In this document: positions 21,892 through 31,945 of the stretch, piece by piece | Layout: each line of letters begins with the position of its first letter | Numbering within the stretch: the stretch's first letter is position 1 | From: Candidatus Sumerlaeaceae bacterium | GTDB lineage: Bacteria; Sumerlaeota; Sumerlaeia; Sumerlaeales; Sumerlaeaceae | Length of the DNA stretch: 64,000 nucleotides | Assembly (NCBI GenBank): GCA_049968255.1 | Contig: JBMFRB010000002.1 | Span: 352,001 to 416,000 of the forward strand | Reading direction: 5' to 3' | Program-made: the position numbers and the translations under genes | Notes under the pieces: generated by a model | The model's database searches: none | What the model was told of the DNA's origin: nothing | What the model saw: the letters and a program-made list of their open reading frames with translations, nothing else

Positions 21892-23547
21892 ATGTCGCAT
21901 CACATCTCCATGTTGGAGTCCCAACGGCTTCAGTACAAGCCCAAGATGCCAAAAGCTCTGGCATCAGGGAGGATCAAAATTGAAAAAGGTCCATTTGTGG
22001 AACCAAAGGCCAACGCTGCGGAAATTAAAAGCCTTTTCCCGGCTACATACGGGTACCCGCTCGTGCGGTTGGTCGAAGGTGAAGGTGATCTCACGACTGC
22101 ACCGCTGTGCGTGGGTGTTGTTTTGAGTGGCGGGCCTGCCGCGGGTGGCCACAATGCAATTGCCGGACTCTTTGATGCGCTTAAGGCCGCAAATCCGCGG
22201 AGCCGTCTCATAGGTTTTCTGGGAGGGCCAAAGGGAATTTTTACCAATAAGTGGATTGAACTTACCGGCGAGAAGATCGATGCTTACCGCAATACTGGTG
22301 GATTCGACATGATCGGAAGCGGCCGGGACAAGATCGAGACGAAAGAACAGCTCGAAGGTTGTGAAAACACAGCTCAAGAGCTCGGACTGAACGCCTTGGT
22401 CGTAATTGGGGGGGATGACTCAAACACCAATGCAGCCATTCTCGCCGAATACTGCGCAGCGAAAAACTTCCCGCTCCAGGTCATTGGTTTACCAAAGACC
22501 ATCGATGGCGACATGCGCAACGAGTTCATTGACATGTCGTTCGGCTTCGACACTGCCGTCAAAACCTATGCCTACCTCGTTGGAAATATCTGTCGCGATG
22601 CGCGTTCCGGTCGCAAATATTATCATTTTATCAAGTTGATGGGGCGCTCAGCCAGTCACGTGACCCTTGAGGTGGCTCTTCGGACGCAGCCAAACTTGGC
22701 CATTATCTCCGAAGAGCTAAAGTCCCGCAAGCATACTTTGGATGACGTCGTCACAGCTATTGCTCAGGTTGTGGCACAGCGGGCGGAAGCAGGCAAAAAT
22801 TACGGGGTGATTCTCATTCCTGAGGGACTCCTAGAATTCCTTGCCGATTTCAAAGGTTTTCTGAAAGACCTCGGCGAGTTGCTCGGTAAAGAGGAAGAGC
22901 AGATGAGTGCTTTACCGAAAGACAAGCGAACTGAATTCGTCGCGTCGAAACTCTCAGGGGCCTCAGGTGAACTGTATAGAAGACTTCCTACCTCCTTGCA
23001 GGAAGTGCTTTTGCAAAGAGATTCGCATGGTAATCTCACAGTGTCGCAACTGGAGACAGAAAAGTTCCTCGCCGAACTTGTGGAAGCGCGGCTCAACGAA
23101 TGGAAACAAGAAGGGCGCTTCAAAGGGAAATTTGCGGCAATCACGCACTTCTTCGGCTATGAAGGACGTTGTGGTTTTCCGACGAACTTCGATGCGGATT
23201 ACACGTATTGTCTGGGCTTCGCGGCAGCCCAACTTATACGCGGTGGCTTGAGCGGCTACACGGTTTCGGCCAAGAATCTCGCCCATTCCGTCGAAAAATG
23301 GGAGTTCGGCGGAGTACCGGTCACATCCATGCTGACCCTCGAGCATCGCAAGGGCGAACTAAAGCCCGTTATCGCCAAAGCGCTCGTCGAGCTCGACAAA
23401 CCACCGTTCCAATACTTTGCAGCGAACCGTGAACGGTGGGCAGTGGATGATTGTTATCACTCGCCAGGCCCGATTCAATATTTTGGCCCAAGTGAAATCT
23501 GCGATGCCCGAAATATGACCATGCTTTTAGAGGCCGGTCTAGTGTGA
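21892..23547 (+). CDS. pfp: Pyrophosphate-dependent phosphofructokinase (long type)
   Basis: 551 aa; GGDDSN and PKTIDGD (PPi signature), MGRSASH, FFGYEGR. Confidence 0.93.
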   Translation: MSHHISMLESQRLQYKPKMPKALASGRIKIEKGPFVEPKANAAEIKSLFPATYGYPLVRLVEGEGDLTTAPLCVGVVLSGGPAAGGHNAIAGLFDALKAANPRSRLIGFLGGPKGIFTNKWIELTGEKIDAYRNTGGFDMIGSGRDKIETKEQLEGCENTAQELGLNALVVIGGDDSNTNAAILAEYCAAKNFPLQVIGLPKTIDGDMRNEFIDMSFGFDTAVKTYAYLVGNICRDARSGRKYYHFIKLMGRSASHVTLEVALRTQPNLAIISEELKSRKHTLDDVVTAIAQVVAQRAEAGKNYGVILIPEGLLEFLADFKGFLKDLGELLGKEEEQMSALPKDKRTEFVASKLSGASGELYRRLPTSLQEVLLQRDSHGNLTVSQLETEKFLAELVEARLNEWKQEGRFKGKFAAITHFFGYEGRCGFPTNFDADYTYCLGFAAAQLIRGGLSGYTVSAKNLAHSVEKWEFGGVPVTSMLTLEHRKGELKPVIAKALVELDKPPFQYFAANRERWAVDDCYHSPGPIQYFGPSEICDARNMTMLLEAGLV

Positions 23548-24893
23548 GCGACCCGAAGCAAACAATAAAAACCGGGGCACAGGAAGATCCTTTTCATGTG
23601 ACCTGTTTAGGTGAACGGGGCGTGTCCTCGCCACTAAGGCTAGCGCCAAAGTACCGCGAGGGCATGCCCTCTTTTGTCTCCGACCAGACGCGTATTTTGC
23701 TCAATATCGAATTTCAGGCCGGGCAGCTGCCTCCCTGTGCCGAGGCATTTGAAATGGCGGGGCCACGCGCAAACATTTTCTTTCATCCCGCGCGGACAAA
23801 GGTTGGTATTGTGACCTGTGGTGGCTTGTGTCCGGGGCTAAACAACGTAATCCGGTCTGCTTTTCTGGAGTTTTACTACAATTATGGTGTCCGTGAGATT
23901 TGGGGCATCCGTTACGGCTATGCGGGACTTGATCCACGCAACGGCATTCCTCCTGTTCGTTTGAACGAGGAAATGGTGGATGCTATACAAAACGATGGCG
24001 GGACACTGCTTGGCTCCTCACGCGAGCGTGTTGATCCGGCCGTTATGACAGATTTTCTCATCCAGGAGAAATTCGATATTTTGCTCACTGTGGGCGGCGA
24101 CGGCACAATGCGCGGCGCAGTGGCGCTCACGGAAGAAATTCAAAAGAGGGGGATAAAAATCGCCGTAGTCGGGGTGCCCAAGACCATCGATAATGACATC
24201 CCTTATGTTGACCCAAGCTTCGGTTTTTCTACGGCTGTTGCCCGCGCGCGCAATATTTTGGATAGCGCTCACGCCGAAGCAAAAGGAGCGCCGTATGGTA
24301 TTGGACTTGTCAAACTGATGGGGCGCGAGGCAGGTTTCGTTGCGGCGGGAGCAACTTTGGCCAGCCAGCAGGTGAATTTTTGCCTTGTGCCTGAGCAACG
24401 TCTCGTCCTTGAAGGCGATCGCGGCTTTCTTGCTGTTTTACATCGACGCATGCTTGAGCATAAGCATGCCGTTATTGCACTTGCTGAGGGTGCAGGGCAG
24501 GATCTTTTTGGCGATACTCCGCGGGAGTTTGATGCTTCAGGAAACGTAAAGCTTTCTGACGTCGGCGCCTTGCTTCGAACCCGGATTGTCCCGTACATGG
24601 AGAAGCAAGGTCTGAAGGTAAATTTGAAATACTTTGAGCCGAGTTACTACATCCGGAGCGTGCCAGCAAATGCAACGGACGCCCTCCTTTGCGATCGACT
24701 TGCACGTTACGCCGTTGATGCTGCAATGGCAGGCAAAACGGGAGTGCTCATTGGCTATTGGAACAACAAATTTGTGCATGTTCCGATGCGGGCGGTTGTT
24801 GGCCAAAAACGCCGCTTAAAACTCGACAGCGATCTGTGGCGTTCTGTGCTGGCCAGCACTGGCCAACCTTGCACTTTTGAACCACTTGGATGA
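23544..24893 (+). CDS. pfkA: ATP-dependent 6-phosphofructokinase (clade X-like)
   Basis: TCGGLCPGLN, GGDGT (ATP signature), PKTIDND, KLMGREAG. Confidence 0.88.
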   Translation: MSDPKQTIKTGAQEDPFHVTCLGERGVSSPLRLAPKYREGMPSFVSDQTRILLNIEFQAGQLPPCAEAFEMAGPRANIFFHPARTKVGIVTCGGLCPGLNNVIRSAFLEFYYNYGVREIWGIRYGYAGLDPRNGIPPVRLNEEMVDAIQNDGGTLLGSSRERVDPAVMTDFLIQEKFDILLTVGGDGTMRGAVALTEEIQKRGIKIAVVGVPKTIDNDIPYVDPSFGFSTAVARARNILDSAHAEAKGAPYGIGLVKLMGREAGFVAAGATLASQQVNFCLVPEQRLVLEGDRGFLAVLHRRMLEHKHAVIALAEGAGQDLFGDTPREFDASGNVKLSDVGALLRTRIVPYMEKQGLKVNLKYFEPSYYIRSVPANATDALLCDRLARYAVDAAMAGKTGVLIGYWNNKFVHVPMRAVVGQKRRLKLDSDLWRSVLASTGQPCTFEPLG

Positions 24894-24919
24894 AACGCCG
24901 CTCTTCGTGCTTCCGCATG

Positions 24920-25501
24920 TCATTGTGACGGGGGACGAGGTGATTTAGGGTCAAGTGGTTTCCGAATTATAGCCTTAGCGTCTTCATCGGGGCGGGGATA
25001 CCAGTCGTCTTTGATCTTTCGCACGTTCGAGATGCCGTGGTACTCTAGAGGCTGAACGTAATCCTTACGCAAAGGGTGGCCGATCCAGTCTTCGGGGCAA
25101 AGGATTCTTCGCAAATCTGGATGGCCTTCGAAGACAACGCCGAGCAGATCAAATTGCTCACGTTCGTGCCAGTCAGCGGAGGGCCACAGATCACAGACGC
25201 TCGGCACTCGCGGATTATCGTGATCTGTTCGCACCTTTACTGCGATCTTGTGGCTGTGCGGTATGCTCCAGAGGTGATAGACGACCTCGAAGTGTGTTAC
25301 CCAATCTATGGCTGTGACCAACTGAAGAAAATCGAACTGAAGATCGGGATGCGAACGCAGCAATTCCATCACAGGGCGAAGACTGCTTAGCGAGACGCGG
25401 ATCCACGGAGAGTAGCCGCTAAAATCCGACTCATCCACGCTGTCACTGGCAATTTCGGAACGAAGAATTTCTGCTATGCGCTCAGGCCTCATGGAAGACA
25501 T
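24920..25501 (-). CDS. nuoC: NADH-quinone oxidoreductase subunit C (stand-alone, second set)
   Basis: [33 protein letters not shown]. Confidence 0.92.
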   Translation of the reverse strand: MSSMRPERIAEILRSEIASDSVDESDFSGYSPWIRVSLSSLRPVMELLRSHPDLQFDFLQLVTAIDWVTHFEVVYHLWSIPHSHKIAVKVRTDHDNPRVPSVCDLWPSADWHEREQFDLLGVVFEGHPDLRRILCPEDWIGHPLRKDYVQPLEYHGISNVRKIKDDWYPRPDEDAKAIIRKPLDPKSPRPPSQ

Positions 25502-25507
25502 AAGATT

Positions 25508-26155
25508 TTAGTTAGACTCTTTCTTGTTAAATCGGGGATCAATGGGAGAGCGTCCCATTTCGTCCGGATAAAGGCCAAGACGACTTGCGATAATGTGCTC
25601 GCTGCGGACTTTCTCTTGCAGCCGCATGAGGGCCTCCAAGAGAGTCTCCGGCCTTGGGGGACACCCAGGCACGTAGACGTCTACGGGTACAATTTTATCT
25701 ACCCCTTTGACGACGTGGTAGCCATGCAGTGAGTAGGGGCCACCGCCAAGCACACACGCGCCCATCGCGATTACGTACTTGGGCTCGGGCATTTGCTCGA
25801 AGAGTCTTTTCACGCGCGGTGCCATTTTGTAGGTGACAGTGCCTGCGACAATCATCACGTCCGCCTGACGCGGCGTTGCGCGGAATGCACCAGCGCCGAA
25901 GCGATCGATGTCATATTTAGAAGCACTGGCTGCCATCATTTCAATCGCGCAACATGCAAGGCCAAAGGTCATCGGCCACAAGGAGCCTAGGCGGGCCCAA
26001 TTGATAATGGCATCAAGTGGCGCCACATAGAGGGCCCGATCCAGACCTTCAGCGCGAATTGCCTCGTTGAGTTCGCGCCGCAACCGCTCACGTTCGCGAT
26101 CCGGATACGACATGTCGAATTCGTGCCTAAGGCGCGTGTCTAGCAGCTTTCCCAT
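25508..26155 (-). CDS. nuoB: NADH-quinone oxidoreductase subunit B (second set)
   Basis: [36 protein letters not shown]. Confidence 0.95.
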   Translation of the reverse strand: MGKLLDTRLRHEFDMSYPDRERERLRRELNEAIRAEGLDRALYVAPLDAIINWARLGSLWPMTFGLACCAIEMMAASASKYDIDRFGAGAFRATPRQADVMIVAGTVTYKMAPRVKRLFEQMPEPKYVIAMGACVLGGGPYSLHGYHVVKGVDKIVPVDVYVPGCPPRPETLLEALMRLQEKVRSEHIIASRLGLYPDEMGRSPIDPRFNKKESN

Positions 26156-26157
26156 GG

Positions 26158-26649
26158 CTATGCCACTCCCCCTTCGGATGAAGCCCGACCGGCATCGGTC
26201 GGATCGAGCTTTTGGTGTCTGACCGGCTCAACAACGGAAGTCTGACTTAGTTCGCCGCTGCGCAACCAATCGAGATTGCCAAAGCGCCATGCGTAGACGA
26301 GCGCTACAAGCAGTACACCCACAAAGCCCAGCAGCTCAACGAGCGCAATTGTCCCCGCTGAATTTTCAACAAACCAGCGGAAAACGCGTGCCACCGGAAC
26401 CAGAAAGACCGTCTCGACGTCGAAAACAAGAAAAACGAGAGCTACCGTATAGAAGCGGATGTTGTAACGAATCCACGCGCTGCCGATGGTTGGTTCCCCG
26501 CACTCGTAAATCCGAACCTTTTCCTGCGAAGGTTTGCGTGGGCGCAAAAGCAAGCCGACGCCTAAGCTAAGGTAAACAAAAGCTGCAGTTGCGAGGAAAA
26601 AAGTGGCAACAGCCAACCAGTTGAATTGTGAATCGTGAACTGTTTCCAT
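26158..26649 (-). CDS. nuoA: NADH-quinone oxidoreductase subunit A (second set)
   Basis: [29 protein letters not shown]. Confidence 0.93.
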   Translation of the reverse strand: METVHDSQFNWLAVATFFLATAAFVYLSLGVGLLLRPRKPSQEKVRIYECGEPTIGSAWIRYNIRFYTVALVFLVFDVETVFLVPVARVFRWFVENSAGTIALVELLGFVGVLLVALVYAWRFGNLDWLRSGELSQTSVVEPVRHQKLDPTDAGRASSEGGVA

Positions 26650-26865
26650 CACGACAATCCCTCTGATAGCATTACAAAGTGGACCTGCATGTCTTATTCG
26701 ATAAATGTTTCGCTGCTATCTTTTTTCGCCACCGATCGAAGGGACGACTCTTTTTCAACTCGGATAAAAAAATGTTTAGGATCACTCGCTTTTCAGTTGA
26801 AATCAACTGACGTTTTTTTGCTGCATTGGACTCGAGGTTAGAAAACTGCCGAAGGAGGCTGTACG

Positions 26866-27021
26866 ATGAAAGCAATTTCTCTCGCGTTGGTCGCTGCATT
26901 TGCGGCGGTAATTTTCTCTGGCTGCTGCAGCTATAAGACCAAGTGCTATCCGTACCCGATGTACGATCTCTCGCCGGGTAAGGTTTGCGGCGCTGGTCCT
27001 TGTGCTGTGAAATCCAAATAA
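26866..27021 (+). CDS. Small cysteine-rich lipoprotein, 51 aa (below ORF-track cutoff)
   Basis: RBS GAAGGAGG; MKAISLALVAAFAAVIFSGCCSYKTKCYPYPMYDLSPGKVCGAGPCAVKSK; lipobox FSGC; followed by its own terminator. Confidence 0.8.
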   Translation: MKAISLALVAAFAAVIFSGCCSYKTKCYPYPMYDLSPGKVCGAGPCAVKSK

Positions 27022-27048
27022 GTCAGAGCAGAAATTTGCTGGTCGGAT

Positions 27049-27090
27049 AACCTGCCGCCGGCGGAGAAGTCGGCGGCAGGTTTTCTTTTT
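27049..27090 (+). terminator. Strong intrinsic terminator
   Basis: AACCTGCCGCCGGC-GGAGAA-GTCGGCGGCAGGTT followed by TTCTTTTT. Confidence 0.85.
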
Positions 27091-27272
27091 GACACGCTGG
27101 GTTCTCGGTTGGATCAAAAGCTCTTGGCATGCGCCAAGGAGCAACATTTCCGAAGAAATACGGTTCCATCAATCAAGTCTGTTCTCCCCATCTTTGCCCG
27201 GCAGCGCCAATCGTGCATACCTTGGTAATCCGCGATGCCAAACGACACGAAAAGGAGATCTGTGGTTAGCTG

Positions 27273-28241
27273 ATGACTGCAAGCATGCTCGCCGAAAATC
27301 CGGCTAAATTTGGCCACAAACACCTACTTGGATTGGAGCACCTTACAGCTTCGGAGATTGAACTGATTCTCAACAACGCAGTGGCAATGAAGGAAATTTT
27401 CACCCGGACGGTGAAAAAAGTGCCGACACTGCGCGGCAAAACGGTTTGCAATTTGTTTTTCGAAAACTCGACACGCACACGAACGAGTTTTGAAATTGCG
27501 GCAAAACGTTTATCCGCAGACGTCGTGAATTTCAACGTGGCAACGAGCAGCGTCGTCAAAGGGGAATCGCTCTTGGACACAGCGCGGACAATCCAGGCTA
27601 TGGGAGTGGACTTTGTTGTCATGCGTCACTCTTGTCCCGGAACGCCCTACTTGCTTTCGCAGAGATTGAACATGAGTGTGATCAATGCTGGCGACGGCGC
27701 GCATGAGCACCCGACACAAGGCTTACTCGATGTTTTTACGATGCGGGAGAAAAAGGGGTGTATTGCGGGATTGAAAGTGGCCATCGTTGGTGATATTGCA
27801 CATTCACGAGTGGCGCGCTCGAATATTTGGGCGTTGACAAAACTTGGGGCTCGGGTGGCGCTCGTTGGCCCGGCGACTCTTGTTCCCCCGGAATTCGAAA
27901 AGCTCGGATGCGAAATTCATCACGATCTGCACAAAGGCCTCGAAGGCGCCGACGTCATAAATCTTTTGCGAATTCAACTCGAGCGCCAGCGCAAAAATCT
28001 GTTTCCTTCGATCCGCGAATACAGGCTCCTGTACGGCCTGACGCGAGAGCGCTTGGCGTGGGCTAAGCCTGACGTGCTCGTCATGCATCCAGGCCCCGTG
28101 AACCGTGGCGTGGAAATCTCTCAGGATGTGGCTGATGGCGAGCATTCCGTCATCACGGAGCAAGTGACAAATGGCATCGCTGTGCGAATGGCGGTGCTTT
28201 ATCTTTTGAGTGGCGAGGCCGCTTCGGAGGTGGGCGCATGA
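27273..28241 (+). CDS. pyrB: Aspartate carbamoyltransferase catalytic subunit
   Basis: [48 protein letters not shown]. Confidence 0.97.
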   Translation: MTASMLAENPAKFGHKHLLGLEHLTASEIELILNNAVAMKEIFTRTVKKVPTLRGKTVCNLFFENSTRTRTSFEIAAKRLSADVVNFNVATSSVVKGESLLDTARTIQAMGVDFVVMRHSCPGTPYLLSQRLNMSVINAGDGAHEHPTQGLLDVFTMREKKGCIAGLKVAIVGDIAHSRVARSNIWALTKLGARVALVGPATLVPPEFEKLGCEIHHDLHKGLEGADVINLLRIQLERQRKNLFPSIREYRLLYGLTRERLAWAKPDVLVMHPGPVNRGVEISQDVADGEHSVITEQVTNGIAVRMAVLYLLSGEAASEVGA

Positions 28242-28272
28242 ACAGCCCTCCAGCTTGCGCGGGAAACTTTGT

Positions 28273-28764
28273 TCACAACAGTTGTTCAAAGTTTTTCGCC
28301 ATGACAAGAGCAGCAACAGCAGCTTCATAGCCTTTGTTCTTCGTTGACTCTTCAGACCGAGCAAGAGCTTGTGCAACGGTGCCCACGGTGAGAATCGCAT
28401 TGCCAACAGCGACATTGGCTTCATAAGCCAGTTGGCTTACGCCGTGCATGGCCTCGGCGGCAACAAAGTGATAGTGATCTGTCTCACCACGCACCACGGC
28501 ACCGCAGCAAACAATCCCGTGGTACTTGGGAGCGCCGTTCACCACCTGCCTTGCCACACGATGGGCCAGTGCGGGTATTTCTAGCGCTCCCGGGCACCAA
28601 AAGATATCGACGTCACTCGAAGAAACTCCGAAGTCGCGGAAAGCCCGCTTGGCTCCTGCTACAAGCCGTTCCACAATCTCGGCATTGAAGCGACTTGCGA
28701 CGATGGCAAACCGTTTTGCCTTGCCACTGAGTCCTGGCCACTCACTCTCTGCTTTCCCTACCAT
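28273..28764 (-). CDS. ribH: 6,7-dimethyl-8-ribityllumazine synthase
   Basis: IVASRFN, PGALEIP, VRGETDH, NKGYEAA. Confidence 0.93.
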   Translation of the reverse strand: MVGKAESEWPGLSGKAKRFAIVASRFNAEIVERLVAGAKRAFRDFGVSSSDVDIFWCPGALEIPALAHRVARQVVNGAPKYHGIVCCGAVVRGETDHYHFVAAEAMHGVSQLAYEANVAVGNAILTVGTVAQALARSEESTKNKGYEAAVAALVMAKNFEQLL

Positions 28765-28871
28765 TGTCTTGGACTCCTGTGAATTCTACCTCGTCGGTGA
28801 CTGTTTAGCTACAGCATAGATAGGTCCGAAGAAGCGGCAAGCGTTCAAGGGAATTACAAGAGTCTCGACCG

Positions 28872-29534
28872 GTGAGAACCGTTGGTGTAAAAATCTGTGG
28901 GTTGACGCGCGAAGAAGATGTGCGTGCTGCTTGTGAGGCTGGAGCAGATTTCCTTGGGTTCGTTTTTTATCCTAAGAGTAAGCGCTACGTGGAGCCGCAA
29001 GTTGTTTGCAAGTTCATCGAATTGGTTCGCGAATTCACCCATGCTCCTATCCCAGTGGCGGTGACGGTGGATGTCGCATTTGAACAGTTGATTATGCTTC
29101 ATAAACAGACAGGCATTGACTGGTTTCAACTGCACGGCAAAGAACCGCCAGAGTTAGTCGAGCGGCTGAAGCAAGCTGGTTTGCGCACAATTAAGGCGGT
29201 CTTCATTGGGCACACTCAGGTTCTTCCTCCCTGGCAGCCGTACAATTCAGATTTTTTCCTTTGTGACACATTAGATGCTCGGCAACCGGGCGGTACCGGC
29301 CGCTCGTGGGAAATCGATTGGTTACCACAGGATTTTCCCCTGCACAGGACTTTTCTCGCTGGTGGCCTAAATTGCGATAATGTTGCTGCACGCCTGGCCA
29401 AGGCACATCCCTTTGCCGTGGACATTTCCTCAGGCGTGGAAATCGCGCCAGGCATCAAGGATGTTGAGAAGATTAGACGTTTTGTCGAAATCGTACGGAC
29501 CGCCTCAGTGAGGCTAGAAAGGCAAACGCAATGA
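28872..29534 (+). CDS. trpF: Phosphoribosylanthranilate isomerase
   Basis: [28 protein letters not shown]. Confidence 0.95.
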   Translation: MRTVGVKICGLTREEDVRAACEAGADFLGFVFYPKSKRYVEPQVVCKFIELVREFTHAPIPVAVTVDVAFEQLIMLHKQTGIDWFQLHGKEPPELVERLKQAGLRTIKAVFIGHTQVLPPWQPYNSDFFLCDTLDARQPGGTGRSWEIDWLPQDFPLHRTFLAGGLNCDNVAARLAKAHPFAVDISSGVEIAPGIKDVEKIRRFVEIVRTASVRLERQTQ

Positions 29535-30757
29535 GCACCAATCAAAATGCAGTGTTTGCGATTGGCCCGGACAACAGAGGGTATTTTGGCGAATTTGGAG
29601 GGCGTTTCGTCCCGGAAACGCTCATGCCGGCATTGATCGAGCTCGAAAAGCAATATCACCAAGTCAAAAACGATCCAGCGTTTCAGGAGGAGCTCGACTA
29701 TCTGTTGCGCGAGTACGTTGGGCGACCGACGCCGCTGTATTTTGCCGCAAATCTCTCTGCACACTTGGGCAAGAACATGCGCGTTTACTTGAAGCGCGAG
29801 GACCTTTGTCACACTGGTGCGCACAAGATCAATAACACCCTGGGGCAAGCCTTGCTGGCAAAGCGGCTGGGAAAGCGGCGAATCATCGCCGAGACGGGCG
29901 CCGGGCAGCACGGTGTGGCTACCGCAACGGCATGCGCTCTCTTGGGATTGGAATGCTGCGTTTATATGGGAAGCGAGGACGTTGTGCGCCAGCGGCTTAA
30001 TGTTTTTCGAATGGAACTGTTGGGGGCTAAAGTGATCGAAGTAACAGCCGGAACGCGCACACTGAAAGACGCAACAAGTGAGGCGCTACGCGATTGGATG
30101 GCCAATTGCGATCATACTCACTACATCATCGGCAGTGTTGTGGGACCGCATCCCTTCCCCATGATGGTGCGCGATTTCCAGAGTATTATTGGACGCGAAA
30201 CACGCGACCAAATTTTGCACCAAGAAGGAAGATTGCCTGACGCGATCGTGGCATGCGTGGGGGGAGGCTCGAATGCGATGGGGATTTTTTTTCCGTTCCT
30301 GAACGAGAAAGAAGTTCGTCTCTACGGAGTCGAAGCCGCGGGGTGTGGCCTCGAGACTGGAAAACACGCGGCGAGCATCACTGCCGGCGAGATCGGTGTT
30401 TTCCATGGTGCGAAAAGTTATGTCTTACAAACACTGGATGGGCAAATCACCCCCGCCCATTCGATTTCAGCTGGTTTGGACTACCCTGGCACTGGACCCG
30501 AGCACAGCTATTTGGCTGCAACGGGGCGTGCACAATATGATGCCATAACAGATAAAGAGGCGCTGGAAGCTGTTGAGCTTCTCTGCAAGACGGAGGGCAT
30601 TATTCCCGCATTGGAAAGCGCGCACGCCATTGCGTATCTTCCCAAGCTTCAGCACAATCTCCCAGAGGGCAGCGTTGTTGTCGTAAACCTTTCCGGGCGC
30701 GGCGACAAGGATGTGTATTCAATAGCTAAAGCAATGGGGAAATCTTTGCAGCCTTAG
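29531..30757 (+). CDS. trpB: Tryptophan synthase beta chain
   Basis: [50 protein letters not shown]. Confidence 0.98.
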   Translation: MSTNQNAVFAIGPDNRGYFGEFGGRFVPETLMPALIELEKQYHQVKNDPAFQEELDYLLREYVGRPTPLYFAANLSAHLGKNMRVYLKREDLCHTGAHKINNTLGQALLAKRLGKRRIIAETGAGQHGVATATACALLGLECCVYMGSEDVVRQRLNVFRMELLGAKVIEVTAGTRTLKDATSEALRDWMANCDHTHYIIGSVVGPHPFPMMVRDFQSIIGRETRDQILHQEGRLPDAIVACVGGGSNAMGIFFPFLNEKEVRLYGVEAAGCGLETGKHAASITAGEIGVFHGAKSYVLQTLDGQITPAHSISAGLDYPGTGPEHSYLAATGRAQYDAITDKEALEAVELLCKTEGIIPALESAHAIAYLPKLQHNLPEGSVVVVNLSGRGDKDVYSIAKAMGKSLQP

Positions 30758-30853
30758 CGGGCCTGTTTGACAGCAAAAATCTTGCGTCAGCTGGCATTGC
30801 CTGGTAGTAAGGGATTAGTGTTCTCATCTCCCGCTCAGTCTGTCGAGAGGGAG

Positions 30854-31603
30854 CTATTTCTCCCTGACACCGTAGGCGGCCTTGATTCGCTTGCGGACTT
30901 CTGCTTCAATATGTCCGCTCAGCACGTACGGAGTAAAGTATTTCCCAGGACACGCGGTTTGTGCATATTCGCGGTGACATGCTATGGTGGCTGGGTCGAT
31001 GTTGTAGTGATCACACAGCCAGGCAAGGAAATCGCACAGAGACTCCAGTTGTTTAGGTGTCGGCGTCTGAAGCTCGTAGTTGCCCATCAAGGTTACCAGC
31101 ACGTGGCCAGTCGGGTCATACTGGGTATTCGTATCGCCGACCGCCCAAAGATTGCGCGCTTCATAAATGTTTCCGTTGAGGTCAATCAGGAAATGATAGG
31201 GGATGTCCGGCCAGCCTTTCACCCGAAAACCCCAATTCTGCAAGTTGCGCAAAAGGCGCTTTGGATCGTCCGATGTCGTGAGAGGTTTGGCCGAACCTTC
31301 ATGGTGCAGCGTGATCCTTACGGGGCGATGGAGCTTAAGGGCACCACTCGATTCTTGTCCGCCCCATACGGTTTTCGGAATTGTTGGCGGTTTCTTCACA
31401 CGCGCAACCGGATTCGTTGTGCCCGCCAGCTCAGCGAGAAATTCGCGTCCTAACGGCCCCAGCCGCGAAACCATGGGACGACACGCTGTGGATATATCTT
31501 TTTTCTCTGGAGTGTCGGCTGCTGTGCACGGCGTGAGGACTGCGCCTAAACAAACCAATGCACAAACCGCACGGACATCGATATTTGACCAGATTCTTCG
31601 CAT
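30854..31603 (-). CDS. Exported N-acetylmuramoyl-L-alanine amidase (Amidase_2/PGRP-like)
   Basis: Signal peptide; ITLHH, WPDIPYHFLI, HREYAQTACPG (His/His/Cys zinc ligands). Confidence 0.85.
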   Translation of the reverse strand: MRRIWSNIDVRAVCALVCLGAVLTPCTAADTPEKKDISTACRPMVSRLGPLGREFLAELAGTTNPVARVKKPPTIPKTVWGGQESSGALKLHRPVRITLHHEGSAKPLTTSDDPKRLLRNLQNWGFRVKGWPDIPYHFLIDLNGNIYEARNLWAVGDTNTQYDPTGHVLVTLMGNYELQTPTPKQLESLCDFLAWLCDHYNIDPATIACHREYAQTACPGKYFTPYVLSGHIEAEVRKRIKAAYGVREK

Positions 31604-31632
31604 AGTAGTTCTTCCCACAATGTTTTGCTCGT

Positions 31633-31830
31633 CTAGCGCATCTTGCGCACGGGTAAAGCGGTGGCTGGTGGAAGAGGCGTGCCCGATTTCTCAGCCACTC
31701 CCACTTCATTCATCACATCACTCCCCCCGCGAGTCGAGAGACTTTTCGCCTTCTGTGCAAGGCCGCCACACCCACTCAGCCCAAGGGCGACTACGACTGT
31801 GAGCAGCGCTAACGTTATTCTCTTGTTCAT
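31633..31830 (-). CDS. Small lipoprotein, 65 aa
   Basis: RBS GGAG; MNKRITLALLTVVVALGLSGC lipobox. Confidence 0.7.
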   Translation of the reverse strand: MNKRITLALLTVVVALGLSGCGGLAQKAKSLSTRGGSDVMNEVGVAEKSGTPLPPATALPVRKMR

Positions 31831-31867
31831 CTGTATTCTCCGCGGCAATGTTTTGCTCGTGAACTCC

Positions 31868-31899
31868 TTGATCTGACATAAACATCCTAGTATACTAGG
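31868..31899 (+). promoter_or_regulatory. Putative sigma70 promoter of phr with a palindromic operator over the -10
   Basis: TTGATC (31868-73), 17 bp, TATACT (31891-96); perfect palindrome CCTAGTATACTAGG at 31886-31899. Confidence 0.5.
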
Positions 31900-31945
31900 G
31901 TAAAGTTTGTTTACCTATCAACACGATCCTTTAGATCAGTGAGAG

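Noticed and set aside
27120-27142. Hairpin upstream of pyrB as a PyrR attenuator
   Set aside because: No ARUCC-GAGG binding-loop consensus and no downstream terminator before pyrB.
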